DNA of 64,000 bases from a virus (lineage: Duplodnaviria; Caudoviricetes), in the IMG/VR virus record IMGVR_UViG_3300018405_000011. One strand, given 5' to 3'. A program made the position numbers and the translations under genes. The notes under the pieces were generated by a model. That model was not told the DNA's origin, made no database searches, and worked only from the letters and a program-made list of their open reading frames with translations. Of this stretch, positions 1 through 10,446 are shown in pieces (position 1 is the stretch's first letter; every line of letters starts with the position of its first letter).

Positions 1-455
1 TCTGTTTCAAAGTCCATTACCGCAATGGACATATCAGGGTTCCATGTTGCATTCTGTTTAGCAGAGGCTTGGTCAGCCTCGTACTTATACAGAACTGGAG
101 ATGTAATGTCGGCTCCGTAAACATAAGGACTTGCGCATAAGTCACTTAAACGAAAGAATCGCCCGTGTTTACCTAAAACCTTAGCAATGCGAAATGGAAG
201 TTCCGCGGTTGTACATTCATAGAAGTCTAAGTTCTCTTTAAATTCCCAACTTCGTTTTTGCGCGTGATTACGCAGGCCTTTCTTAGTGACGGCAAATTTA
301 CGTTTGTAGTTACGAACTAGCTTTAAAGAAGGGCGCTCTTTTCCAGTATCAGGGTCGCGCAGTCTCTCCTTTACAACTAATAAATCATCAGTCTTAGACT
401 GGGTGCTCGTCGCATAGAGTGCAAACATGCACTTGCGTTCAAGTTCTTTATTCAT
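1..455 (-). CDS. Split family-B DNA polymerase, 3'-5' exonuclease subunit (phiKZ gp82-like), N-terminal part; runs off the window's left edge
   Basis: Not in the ORF track. Translated by hand from ATG at 455: MNKELERKCMFALY...SPYVYGADI...SIAVMDFET, open to the edge. DFET resembles an ExoI (DxE) motif; the position just before the head-protein block matches phiKZ synteny. Confidence 0.7.
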   Translation of the reverse strand, partial: MNKELERKCMFALYATSTQSKTDDLLVVKERLRDPDTGKERPSLKLVRNYKRKFAVTKKGLRNHAQKRSWEFKENLDFYECTTAELPFRIAKVLGKHGRFFRLSDLCASPYVYGADITSPVLYKYEADQASAKQNATWNPDMSIAVMDFET

Positions 456-535
456 AGGGTAGGCTCTGTCAAATCTAGTGACTAACTAATCAATTAGACT
501 CTAAGGTTTTTAACCACTTTTAAGGACACAACATT

Positions 536-1885
536 ATGTTCAACCATCTCCTAAATCAGTCTATGGTACAGGTTTCCATGGAAGCCATTGACCACCAGTT
601 CAATCGTGATGACATTGAAGACCTTATTAAAGCAGTGGCCATGGCACGTGAGACTCGCTTTACTCAAAGCGCAGTAGACCAGTCAGGTATGGCTGAGCTT
701 ATTAAGAAAATCACAAATCTAAACGTCGTTATTAATGTTACCGATGATGTTAATGCCGCGGTAGTATTTCCAAAAGCGTTAAAAGATCATCCTTTCTACA
801 CCGAGTGGATGCGCGTATTTGACCAAACCAGCGCCGTAGACCCACATAAGCAAAAGCTCTATATGGAAAAACACGGGGCTTTCCCGTTCCGTGTAGACTT
901 ACGTACCGGGTACGTAGAGGGAGCCCCTACTGAATACAAACACAGCTTAATTCTAGGCTCAGGGCTGTTTGGAAAAAGCTCAGCATTCCAGTTAACCAAT
1001 GAAGAACTAGCGGCTATTATCCTACACGAGTTAGGACATTTAGTTACGTTCTATGAATGGGGCTATCGCCAGTCCTGCACTAACTTCCTATTAGCAGGTG
1101 TCTGTGAAGCCATCTTCGCGGAAAAGGATAAAGATGCTCGTCTAAACTTTATCTATAAGGTCCAAGCTGAAACTGGGCATCTAAAGGGACTAGAAAAGTC
1201 ACTGGTGGATTTAGACGACGTCGAGAAAATGCGTGCGATTGTTTATGCTGACGAACAGCAACGTGCCCGCAGTGACTTAGGCGAAAACATCTATGACATC
1301 CGTTCATGGGAAGCTCTCGCTGACCAGTACGTTACACGTATGGGTAAAGGTAGAGCGCTAGCAAGTGGACTGTCTCGTTTAGACGCCGCCTGGAGTGCCG
1401 ACCGTCAAAGTCGTTGGCTAGCTGCCATGAGTGGTGCATTCACTGTCGTACTTTACCTAGCAACGACTTTTTACACAGCGGTAATTGCTATGACAGCAAT
1501 GGCGTTTGCTCCAGTCTTAGCCCCAGTCATGGTGGTGATGTTTATATGGTGTCAGTACGAGTGGGTCAGTGGGATGTTTGGTGCGAACCCAAATGCTATC
1601 AAATATGATACTGACATGAAGCGTATTCAGGTCATCCGTAAAGAACTGGTGTCACGTTTAAAAGCCGCTCCTGACAAAGCGTCTAAGAAAGTGGTGATGG
1701 ATGAAATCCAAACATTAGACCTCATCCTTAGCGATTACCGTCCTGCTTTGGCTCTAGGGGCAGCCATGTTAAGTGTTGTTTCACCGAATGGACGTAAGCA
1801 GTACCGACACAAGAAAACTCAACAACTCCTAGAGGAACTTGCAAACAGTGAGCTCCTTGTTGCCGCAGAACTATTAGAGGCGTAA
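536..1885 (+). CDS. Virion head protein with zinc-metallopeptidase motif and hydrophobic segments (phiKZ gp83-86 region)
   Basis: VSME/A site at aa 13-17; AIILHELGH (HExxH), later EALAD, and a long hydrophobic stretch (WLAAMSGAF...VMFIW); synteny. Confidence 0.65.
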   Translation: MFNHLLNQSMVQVSMEAIDHQFNRDDIEDLIKAVAMARETRFTQSAVDQSGMAELIKKITNLNVVINVTDDVNAAVVFPKALKDHPFYTEWMRVFDQTSAVDPHKQKLYMEKHGAFPFRVDLRTGYVEGAPTEYKHSLILGSGLFGKSSAFQLTNEELAAIILHELGHLVTFYEWGYRQSCTNFLLAGVCEAIFAEKDKDARLNFIYKVQAETGHLKGLEKSLVDLDDVEKMRAIVYADEQQRARSDLGENIYDIRSWEALADQYVTRMGKGRALASGLSRLDAAWSADRQSRWLAAMSGAFTVVLYLATTFYTAVIAMTAMAFAPVLAPVMVVMFIWCQYEWVSGMFGANPNAIKYDTDMKRIQVIRKELVSRLKAAPDKASKKVVMDEIQTLDLILSDYRPALALGAAMLSVVSPNGRKQYRHKKTQQLLEELANSELLVAAELLEA

Positions 1886-1890
1886 ACTCC

Positions 1891-2700
1891 ATGAATGCAT
1901 CAATTGAACATATCCAGAGACTTGCCCGTAAGTTTGGCAATGTCTTTTTCCCTAACATGAGTGTTGCAACACTGCTAGCGGCTATCGAGATTCAGAAAGA
2001 CCTACCGATTCATCGTTATACATATGACTATGAGTTCTCACCACTGTGGGCAAATGAAGTTTTACCGTTAGTAGAAGCCCATGCTGCACGCATGGCACGG
2101 GTATTGATGATTGATAAAGAACACTTAATCGAAGCATCACGCCGTATCTATCAAAAACGTGGCAGAGTATGGCAAGACCCATCACATATCCTGTTTAACG
2201 AAATCGAGTACTGGGATATTACGCATCGTTTTGACGATATGCCAGAAGGTGACTCCACTGCAGCGTTTATGGCAGTCTGTGATATTATCCGTAAACATGT
2301 GGAAATCTTTGCAGGTCTGACAGTGCCAGGCGATGGCATTAGTGCCTCTAAAAAGACCGTGATTGATGAAGTCTTTGATATCATGGAAGGGGATAACCCT
2401 AACATCCCAGCGCGTCGCCATAACAATATGAAAGAAATGGTTCGTTTAATCATAGAACGAATTGTGACCTTTATGTATCAGGTCCGCAGTGGAGCAATGA
2501 TAGGTGACCGTTTAGCGACAGATTACTTCGGTGCATGTCTGGATGCGTTAAACTTCACAGGTGAAAACCGCACGGTAGCATTAAACCTATTAACCGGTGT
2601 AAAATCAGACGTAGGCAGTCATGATGTCATTAAGGCGTTACTGGATGGCTATAAGTTGAAAAATATGTACACTGGAGAAGCCGAGGTGGTACATGAGTAG
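1891..2700 (+). CDS. Hypothetical protein, probably virion-associated
   Basis: 269 aa ORF tightly packed between head-protein genes; no recognisable motif. Confidence 0.5.
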   Translation: MNASIEHIQRLARKFGNVFFPNMSVATLLAAIEIQKDLPIHRYTYDYEFSPLWANEVLPLVEAHAARMARVLMIDKEHLIEASRRIYQKRGRVWQDPSHILFNEIEYWDITHRFDDMPEGDSTAAFMAVCDIIRKHVEIFAGLTVPGDGISASKKTVIDEVFDIMEGDNPNIPARRHNNMKEMVRLIIERIVTFMYQVRSGAMIGDRLATDYFGACLDALNFTGENRTVALNLLTGVKSDVGSHDVIKALLDGYKLKNMYTGEAEVVHE

Positions 2701-3865
2701 TTTAACTGAAAAGGCTCTACATCTGGAAGTGGAGTATCAGACTCTGCGTAAAGAGGTCGAGTATTACTTATCCACTGCCTTGTCGTTTCGCTACAATGGC
2801 GTTTCTCGCCATGAAGTCGAAGGACTGGTACGTGACTTTGGCATGGAGTCCATTACGGAGATTGCCCCACTAGGGGCATTCAGTAGTCAGCCTAGCCAGA
2901 TGTACGTGGAAGTTGCTCTAGAAGGTATTTATGCGGCAGTACTGAAGAAAATGACCGCGGTTAAAGAGTTACTAAGTGAACATGTCCTAGAAGCCCTGGA
3001 ATCGCTTTCTAAGCAGTTAAGTGATATCGATGAGGCAGATAGTGCCCTTATCGAAGAAAGGCCTTCTATGGAGGATACAGAAGCTTTTAACGCGTGGCTC
3101 ACAAAAACATTCTCTACGTCTCTAGATTACGCCATCCTAAATCATCCTGCAATGATTGATGTGTTTGACTACCTTTTCTCAGGAACGTCCTATTTCAAAG
3201 AAGTAAATGAATCTTTGTTCTCAATGATTCAAAAGCATCTATCCGAACTAGAGACCTTACTAGAAAAGCCCGATGCGACTAATGCAGATATTGAGTCGTT
3301 TAAACAGATGGTACTAGAAGACACACTGGGGTACTTAGAAAGCCGATATACCTTTAAAAAGGGACTGGGCAGTCTATTGTTCCATAACTTACCTGGCATA
3401 GAAGGTATCGATGCTATCGCGTCAATGCCTAAGCTTAAATCCTTTACTGAGCTAGAATCACTGCATTTCGATACGGGTACCGATACTCTACGCGAAATCA
3501 TCGATGGTCTCGTCACTGGTAAGCTCAAGGATAACGTTAGTGTTGACTTTAGTCAGCTTCCCCAGTTACCGGAAGTAGAAGTCATCGATGTCTTAACGAC
3601 CGCTATTACATCACGTGAAGCGTTAGGCGGTGACTCTGTCAGTGAGTTTTTAAAAGGTACGATTGCCGACCTAGATAAACGCTATGAACAGCTAATTAAG
3701 AAAGACGATGTATTCATGGCGCTAGCGGCTGATGTAATCCTCACTTACCGTCAGTTAACAATGAAACTCATTTTTGATAATGTGTTTTGTTATGCCATCC
3801 TTGGCGAGTTTGCCTATGCATGGCTATCACGTACCAAAGCTATCCGCTTAGCACATCAGCAATAA
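2693..3865 (+). CDS. Putative head protein with protease-cleaved propeptide
   Basis: Several G/A/S-(M/L)-E sites (GMES, ALEG, ALES, SMED) in an acidic N-terminal part; 8 nt overlap with the upstream gene. Confidence 0.55.
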   Translation: MSSLTEKALHLEVEYQTLRKEVEYYLSTALSFRYNGVSRHEVEGLVRDFGMESITEIAPLGAFSSQPSQMYVEVALEGIYAAVLKKMTAVKELLSEHVLEALESLSKQLSDIDEADSALIEERPSMEDTEAFNAWLTKTFSTSLDYAILNHPAMIDVFDYLFSGTSYFKEVNESLFSMIQKHLSELETLLEKPDATNADIESFKQMVLEDTLGYLESRYTFKKGLGSLLFHNLPGIEGIDAIASMPKLKSFTELESLHFDTGTDTLREIIDGLVTGKLKDNVSVDFSQLPQLPEVEVIDVLTTAITSREALGGDSVSEFLKGTIADLDKRYEQLIKKDDVFMALAADVILTYRQLTMKLIFDNVFCYAILGEFAYAWLSRTKAIRLAHQQ

Positions 3866-3871
3866 TAAGCA

Positions 3872-3904
3872 TTCCCTCCTACTGCTAAAAACAGTAGGAG
3901 GGAA
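3872..3904. terminator. Bidirectional intrinsic terminator
   Basis: 13 bp stem TTCCCTCCTACTG / CAGTAGGAGGGAA between convergent genes, T-run downstream. Confidence 0.8.
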
Positions 3905-3913
3905 ATCGCTTTT

Positions 3914-6787
3914 TTATCGTGTAAAGGTAATGTCTACATCATCGTCGATGGTTAGGCGTCCATTGGCTTCCAGTCTCATTACTTTCTTAATAGAGAATGA
4001 ACTTAACGGTTCTTCTATTACGGCAACGCCGGTATCCCCAATTGGGTTACTGACCGTAATAGACGTCACTTTGTTAGGGGCAAGTTTTTCAAGTTCAGAA
4101 ATTAGCTTACTGATAGAGAAACTGTTACTGCCGATAACTTTAGCAATGGTTGCTATTGTCGACGTACGCAGTACTTTACGGAAGTCATTGTCATCATAGG
4201 CCGATACGGTAAGTTGATAGTTTACTGCAAAGCTTAACGCCGTACGCATGTTTACCGCACGAGAGGACGAGATATTTACTTCCGCCGACTGCTGAGTAGC
4301 CAGTGGTTCGAAATAGAGCTTAGTCGAACTAATAACCTTACGCTGCAGTGTGGCGATGTCACGTGTTAATATATCGACAACGTTTGCAGGAATGGTCTGT
4401 CTGTAAGCAACAATGTTTTCATTGGTTGCCAATAGCGCTTTTGCATCGAACAACGGGAAACGTACTTCACGTGAGAGAGACGCTGGCTTAGTTTGCACAA
4501 AGTCATTAGTCGCTGGGTCGCGTACAGGGTCACCTGCTCGGTGCAAGTAGATAACATCACCGTTCTCATCCAGCTTAGGGTCACCGATAGCATGGAGTAA
4601 GTTAAAGGAGATGGTATCCGTTGCCTCATCATAGTATACCTTAGTACCGGCTACGTCTTGCTCATACACGTTCTCTAAATAGACATCCGGAACATCGCTC
4701 AGATAACGCTGATAGCTCGGTGCCTGTAGTAGAGGTCGGGATTGCATTGAGTAACCTTCTAAGTATTGACCAAAGGTTACCTTCATGTTTTCCAAAGTGA
4801 TGGCAGTCAGTATTTCACTGTAAGCATCACGGAAGTACTGGTCATCAAAACTGGACACTTGTTCAGTGTCGGTTTCAACTAGGTAGATGCATCGGAATAC
4901 CTGACTTAATGACATTACAGTTTCTTCCAGTACATGACTACTGTTGTAAGCCATAACTGAAATACTGCCATTTACATCAATTTCAAACGTACTGCCTAAA
5001 TCAAACACAAACTCCATCGTGTCAGTTAACACGTTAGACTCGTTTGCTGTTAAGTAGTGCGTGGACCCTTCTACGTTCTCGAACACTAACTGTAGCTTAA
5101 ACCCACTAACGGCTTTAGGTCGTGCGGCAACAACCTTTAGCTGATAACCACTATCGCTATAGCTGACGGTAACATCATTACTGTAGGTTGTAAAGCCTAA
5201 GACATTGTTGGTCGCTAATAGGTTACGAAAAGCTACCGTAGGGGAGGTCATGCGATATGACCGCGCGGTAAAGATAGGGGTGCTGTAGTCAAGTACCATA
5301 TGGAACGGAGTATAGAAATACAGGTTAGCATTTAACTCATCTACCAGAGCTGCCTTAGACAGAGCTTGAAGCTCCGCATACTCAGTGTCCGACAACGGTG
5401 CAATGCTACCTGCCTTTTCCCGATAGAGCATATTAGGGAAAATCGTAGCGCGTTTCTCATGCACCGACATGGCATAGGTTAAGTCATCTCTACCCGTATA
5501 GAACACCACTGGTTCATTTACAATACCTATACCCGATGATAGTCCCGTTAATGCCAAGGAAGCCGATGTATCAACACTGCGCGAGGCGATATAAACACGG
5601 TCGGTTAACGTGTCCTTACGTAGGCTGCCCTGGTAGCCGTATTTAGCCAATGCGGATACCAACTCTTCGTCGGTATAGGCCCCACGTTTACCATAGTCAC
5701 TATAGATAACTGACTCGCGTACTTCTTCAAAGCTTTGACCATTGGTTCCACCATTACTGATTTGAGTTGAATAAATTAAACGACTGGTGACTTCCTGTAA
5801 AGGGGCTAAGTAGCCTACGGATAAACCGCTAAAGTCATTCCAGGTCACTTCCCATTCAGACATTTCTAAACCACTTAGGTCAATACTGGTCTCTCCCTTA
5901 GTCGTATAGATATCCACACGGGCGAGTGCTCCTACTTGTCCACGTTCAATGAAGACGTCAGGTATACTGCAGCGCACTATGGAGTCTTCAACTTCAATAA
6001 CCATCGTTGGGGTAACCGGGTCGTAGGAGTCCGTATCATGAGTAATCTGCATCTCTACCCAAGGCCCATTAGCTTCTTTATAGTAACCCCTCGCATAGAA
6101 AAAGTAGTCTTCAATTTCCGCCGTTACGTTCCAACTACGCGTTGCGGTTACTGGTTCGTTCGCTGAGATAATGTTGAGTTGGTCACATGGAATGTCTATC
6201 AGTAGAAACTTCGTGTTTTCAAAGTAACCAATGCGTGTATCGACTAGGTTAGTTTCGCGCTCCAGTATCGGAGAGCTGACAGTACTGTCAAAGTTAACAC
6301 GTATATCTCCGTTTGGAAACACCGAGATAATCAAAGGTTGATGAATGGTAAAGGAATATCCATTACCGGTGAACACTGTATCACGTGGAATGACAATTTC
6401 ATTGAGTCCTGTTACGGGGTTATAAACCGCATACTGACCAACTTGAACATAGCCTAGGCCTAGGGTGATAATGTGGTTACGTATAGGACTACCCCATATC
6501 CCGCTGAACTCTTCAGAGGTCATATGAGGATATAGGTCACTTAACGTCTGTGCCAATCTAGGGTATCGCTTACGTGTAACGACATCCGTTTTCTGCATAA
6601 GCCCGGCTACCTGAATGGCACTGATTTCCATTAAGTTAATCAGTGGGTTATTCGGGTCTTGGAAATCGTACCCATTCGCGGTAATTTCGTCCAGTACACG
6701 TGTTCCGTGTGTAAAGAACGTAGCGGGTGATATCGCCGCATGTTCTGCAATTTCCTCGATAAACGTAAATTTAGACATCTCCGTCAT
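3914..6787 (-). CDS. Baseplate wedge-like structural protein (phiKZ gp87-like)
   Basis: 957 aa, beta-rich and acidic; NPLINLME...YP..A...SDLY.HM N-terminus and GGTNGQSFEEVR baseplate-J-like segment; synteny. Confidence 0.6.
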   Translation of the reverse strand: MTEMSKFTFIEEIAEHAAISPATFFTHGTRVLDEITANGYDFQDPNNPLINLMEISAIQVAGLMQKTDVVTRKRYPRLAQTLSDLYPHMTSEEFSGIWGSPIRNHIITLGLGYVQVGQYAVYNPVTGLNEIVIPRDTVFTGNGYSFTIHQPLIISVFPNGDIRVNFDSTVSSPILERETNLVDTRIGYFENTKFLLIDIPCDQLNIISANEPVTATRSWNVTAEIEDYFFYARGYYKEANGPWVEMQITHDTDSYDPVTPTMVIEVEDSIVRCSIPDVFIERGQVGALARVDIYTTKGETSIDLSGLEMSEWEVTWNDFSGLSVGYLAPLQEVTSRLIYSTQISNGGTNGQSFEEVRESVIYSDYGKRGAYTDEELVSALAKYGYQGSLRKDTLTDRVYIASRSVDTSASLALTGLSSGIGIVNEPVVFYTGRDDLTYAMSVHEKRATIFPNMLYREKAGSIAPLSDTEYAELQALSKAALVDELNANLYFYTPFHMVLDYSTPIFTARSYRMTSPTVAFRNLLATNNVLGFTTYSNDVTVSYSDSGYQLKVVAARPKAVSGFKLQLVFENVEGSTHYLTANESNVLTDTMEFVFDLGSTFEIDVNGSISVMAYNSSHVLEETVMSLSQVFRCIYLVETDTEQVSSFDDQYFRDAYSEILTAITLENMKVTFGQYLEGYSMQSRPLLQAPSYQRYLSDVPDVYLENVYEQDVAGTKVYYDEATDTISFNLLHAIGDPKLDENGDVIYLHRAGDPVRDPATNDFVQTKPASLSREVRFPLFDAKALLATNENIVAYRQTIPANVVDILTRDIATLQRKVISSTKLYFEPLATQQSAEVNISSSRAVNMRTALSFAVNYQLTVSAYDDNDFRKVLRTSTIATIAKVIGSNSFSISKLISELEKLAPNKVTSITVSNPIGDTGVAVIEEPLSSFSIKKVMRLEANGRLTIDDDVDITFTR

Positions 6788-7805
6788 CCTCTAAGAACGA
6801 TAGTTTTTCATTATAAGAAGCAAAGTCTAACCACCACTCCAATTCCATATTTTCTGGATTGATACGTGGGTAGCCATAATTGTTGATAACAATCTTTTCT
6901 CGTGGCGATAACTTCTGCATCTTACTTTCACGCACAGAATCGTCCATGTCACCGTTAAAGTTAATTACAGTGCGATTAAATGCATCAATAATAATGGGGT
7001 CATTATAAATGGCACCGTGACACTTGAACGGAATGTCGATGTTAAAGTTATCTTCGGCAAAGACCTTTTCCGTGGTATAGTTAAAGCTAGCGGCGGTAGG
7101 GACGGCTTTAGGATAAGCCCCCCCGCAACAAGCAAGCTTCTGTACGATTCTTCGGTCTGGTCCTAGAATAATGACATAGATGCGAGTCATGTAATCAATT
7201 TCATCTAAGGCAATCATTTCTGGGAAGGGTACCATGGAACCATTTGCTACGCGAGTCATGTACTCACGCCATGCGGTAAAGAGAACCAAATGAGGGTCAC
7301 CTTCTTTTGCCACAAACGTAGCGGTTAAGTCAAAGGTACCGTAGTTGTTAGGCTGGTCATCAACATGGCTGTGGACTTGTTTTAACCACCCTTCTTTACT
7401 CTCCATGCTTTCGACGACTTCGTCTTCCCATCCTGATAAAGAAAGCAAGGTATTTGAAAGCAACGGAATGAAGGCTTGTTTGTCATCGATGACGTTTGAC
7501 CGGACATGCCCCTTCTCATATCGGTTACCTTCTAAATACGGCATAAGGGTTGCCTTAATCGCCGCAGCACTACTATTTGGGTCATTTGTGGTCAAATAAT
7601 GTAGTTTACGAACACGTCGGATATTTTCCGTGACGAGGTTTAAAACAGGTTTAGTGAAGAAAACATAACCGTGATTATCTAGGTTGGTTGGCGTTAAATC
7701 ACTGTTCCCCATATGGTTAATGCCATGGAACAGCGTGAACGCATTGGACAACGGCGAACCGAAGCCAAACTGTCGACGTACGGTTTCGATGGTGTTATTG
7801 CTCAT
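6771..7805 (-). CDS. Tail tube-like / baseplate structural protein (phiKZ gp88-like)
   Basis: GYVFFTKP.LNL, IPLLSN.L.SLSGW.D and DY..RIY motifs typical of this jumbo-phage family; co-oriented with the wedge gene. Confidence 0.55.
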   Translation of the reverse strand: MSNNTIETVRRQFGFGSPLSNAFTLFHGINHMGNSDLTPTNLDNHGYVFFTKPVLNLVTENIRRVRKLHYLTTNDPNSSAAAIKATLMPYLEGNRYEKGHVRSNVIDDKQAFIPLLSNTLLSLSGWEDEVVESMESKEGWLKQVHSHVDDQPNNYGTFDLTATFVAKEGDPHLVLFTAWREYMTRVANGSMVPFPEMIALDEIDYMTRIYVIILGPDRRIVQKLACCGGAYPKAVPTAASFNYTTEKVFAEDNFNIDIPFKCHGAIYNDPIIIDAFNRTVINFNGDMDDSVRESKMQKLSPREKIVINNYGYPRINPENMELEWWLDFASYNEKLSFLEDDGDV

Positions 7806-7861
7806 AGGACCTACTTGTTAATGACGTATCTAACTGCGCAGTTAAAAACAGGTATATAAAA

Positions 7862-8995
7862 ATGACTGGATTAGAAACCACTCTCTTATTAATTGCGGCT
7901 CAGCTCGCAAGTAAAGCCGTATCGGCAGGTATTAATGCCGTAGACAGTCGTCGCGCTCTATCGGAGTTTTCCTCCTTCGCAAGACTGAATCCTCCTTGTC
8001 TAATGGAGCAAGAAATCGCTCGTATGGACCCTGAGGTCTCTCAATCGATTAGCCATACGTTGCTTAACATCTATATCGGTCATTACCTAGCAGTCGTTAA
8101 CCGTACTGCTCGCGTAGACGATACTGAAGTGGTTCGTATGTTAGACCCTGTGTCTGACCCTAAAGCGTTTAACGTGTTCGATGCCGCGAAAGGCATGAAT
8201 GGCGTTTCTATTGCTTTAGAAAGCATCGATATCACTAAAGAACTGACTCAGATTGACCGTACATGGGACGAGTCTAACCTAAACCTACTAGGGGATTTTG
8301 AACCGGTACAGAATACAGAAATCTCCATGGAAGCGGCGATTGATTTGTCTAAGCCTTCTACCCTCGCTTGCGGTAAGCAACTAGAAGTCACATTGGGTTC
8401 TGGTGACCAGTCTATTAAGGTACCTGTAACTGCAACGTTGCTACCACGTACATTGAACAAAGATGTACTACTACGTACACTGGAAGCTTTCCTAGGTCGC
8501 GACAATAGCTATATGGGCAGATGGCACCGCTATCATGCCGGTGAATACCGTTCTTTCTTTGACTATGCCCTAGGCATTGATATGATTGAACAGGACTTAA
8601 ACCTATTGATTACTGATAAAGATGGCCAGTATGAATTTGCTAAGGCTCGTCAACAGCGTGGTCTTTTAAGTTCATTCGTCAGTGGTAAGAAGCAGATGAA
8701 CGTGGTCTCGGCAATGATTGTGATGACCAAACGCACTGCCCGTGATGTCGAAGCTATTATGCGTGCACCTCTAGCCAATGCCCGTGCCCGTAAAAAGTAT
8801 TTTGAAACTACAGGTTCAATGATACTTTGTGTGGTTGACATGGATAAAGAGCTCGTGCGTATTTATCAGCGTGGAATTGATGAGTATGGCGATTACAGCT
8901 ATGACCAAATCAAACCAGCGGCATCGAATCCAAATGCAATGGACATCAATGCAATCATGCGTGCCTATAAAGCCGGCGAACAATTCTCGATGTAA
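7862..8995 (+). CDS. Internal head protein (phiKZ gp89-like)
   Basis: ALES and ISMEA processing sites, LACGKQLEV motif; synteny after gp88-like gene. Confidence 0.6.
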   Translation: MTGLETTLLLIAAQLASKAVSAGINAVDSRRALSEFSSFARLNPPCLMEQEIARMDPEVSQSISHTLLNIYIGHYLAVVNRTARVDDTEVVRMLDPVSDPKAFNVFDAAKGMNGVSIALESIDITKELTQIDRTWDESNLNLLGDFEPVQNTEISMEAAIDLSKPSTLACGKQLEVTLGSGDQSIKVPVTATLLPRTLNKDVLLRTLEAFLGRDNSYMGRWHRYHAGEYRSFFDYALGIDMIEQDLNLLITDKDGQYEFAKARQQRGLLSSFVSGKKQMNVVSAMIVMTKRTARDVEAIMRAPLANARARKKYFETTGSMILCVVDMDKELVRIYQRGIDEYGDYSYDQIKPAASNPNAMDINAIMRAYKAGEQFSM

Positions 8996-9010
8996 CGGAG
9001 TCTAAAGACC

Positions 9011-9916
9011 ATGTTTAATACAATTTCTAAAGTAGTGGCCCATCTTTTTGAAAAGACGGATAAAGCCATTATTCTTAACCGTGTCGAAGAGGTCTTTAAA
9101 AATATCTCCAATCACACGGTGCCAATGGCACAGATAGACGACAGCATCGGTGAGAACACCAAAGTAATGAAGTTGCTGGACGCGCGTTTACGCTCACGTC
9201 GTCTACCGGTCGATGGCTATCAGCAAAACCCAACTCGTTTTATTCGTGAGACCTTTACTAAGGCAGCGGACGATGAAGCAGAATACGTAAAGCTGTTTAA
9301 GAACTCTTTTTCACGCGATGTGTTTAAAGAATCATTGACGTATGACCAGAGCCAGTTAATGACCTTCTTGCTCGTTCTAGAAGAAGCATCGGACTATGCA
9401 CGTCAGCTATTCTTTATTCTACCACGACTAGAAATGGACATTCCGTTAAAGTCTAAAGAGCAGCATATCTATGACACCGTCATGGATGAAAATAATCTTG
9501 AACTCTTTGCGATTGTACTGTCGGCCTTACGTAAAGGTCCAAAAGAGATTCAGCAGCTATTGGCAAAGATTAAAGAGATTAACTACAACCCTGACGACGA
9601 AGCCATCATTGCTCGTGTAAAAGGGAAAGCGGCTGACCCTCTTTCAATGAACCTCATTCCGGTTATCGGTAACCTTTACGTGTTCTTCGGGGAGCTTTCT
9701 AATAAGCGCACAAAACGAAAATACGAAGAAGGTAAAGAAGAGCTTGCGCGTCTAGAGACCACTATCTTCTATCTAGAGCAGCGTAAAGAAGGGGCTTCTG
9801 ACGAAGAGCTAGCTCGCATTCAAAAGCAAATCGATTACTACACTGACCGAATCAACAAACTCGAAGCGATGATTGAAGACATCGAAGAAGGGGCCAAAGG
9901 TTATGAGTATAACTAA
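9011..9916 (+). CDS. Internal head protein (phiKZ gp90-like)
   Basis: Helical ORF with NLIPVIGNLY motif and C-terminal coiled coil; synteny. Confidence 0.6.
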   Translation: MFNTISKVVAHLFEKTDKAIILNRVEEVFKNISNHTVPMAQIDDSIGENTKVMKLLDARLRSRRLPVDGYQQNPTRFIRETFTKAADDEAEYVKLFKNSFSRDVFKESLTYDQSQLMTFLLVLEEASDYARQLFFILPRLEMDIPLKSKEQHIYDTVMDENNLELFAIVLSALRKGPKEIQQLLAKIKEINYNPDDEAIIARVKGKAADPLSMNLIPVIGNLYVFFGELSNKRTKRKYEEGKEELARLETTIFYLEQRKEGASDEELARIQKQIDYYTDRINKLEAMIEDIEEGAKGYEYN

Positions 9917-10349
9917 TAAGGTTGTTGAATTGTATACCAACGTCACTGCGCCTGGGTATGTCGTCTCCATGAAGGACGTTATCTATCTGGCTCAGTTACG
10001 TAAGAGCTTCTTTAAGACGGTAGAGCTAACCCGCCCATCACAGGTCGGTATGTTTAAGCAGCTACTTAAAGAAGCAAAGGGGGGCTTTCGCCTTTCTCCT
10101 TTACATTTCTTAACCATGGACAACAAGCTGCTTCAGCCACTGGAGAAGCAACGCGCGACAGAACAGATTCAAAGTGAGTTTAAAGCCCTAATGGGTAGAA
10201 GCATTAATGACCCACATGAGGCATTAGAGCGTTTATTGCCGCTTTGCTCTATTAGTGACTTTACTCGCACATTGCACTACATGTTCTGCTTTATCTCTGC
10301 GCAAGAGAAACTCCATGTTGTGAAGCATGATCCACCACCACCGGTTTAA
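9903..10349 (+). CDS. Hypothetical head-module protein
   Basis: ATG at 9903 after AAAGG, overlapping the previous stop; preferred to the upstream start at 9873. Confidence 0.5.
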   Translation: MSITNKVVELYTNVTAPGYVVSMKDVIYLAQLRKSFFKTVELTRPSQVGMFKQLLKEAKGGFRLSPLHFLTMDNKLLQPLEKQRATEQIQSEFKALMGRSINDPHEALERLLPLCSISDFTRTLHYMFCFISAQEKLHVVKHDPPPPV

Positions 10350-10360
10350 TACTGGAATAT

Positions 10361-10382
10361 AGTAGGGCTTAAATGCCCTACT
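10361..10382 (+). terminator. Hairpin, probable terminator
   Basis: AGTAGGGC-TTAAAT-GCCCTACT with a T-run shortly after. Confidence 0.5.
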
Positions 10383-10446
10383 CGAGTAAACTTTTTAAAT
10401 TGCCATTAGGCATACTCTAATTTAACCTTTGCAAAGGAATACACCA

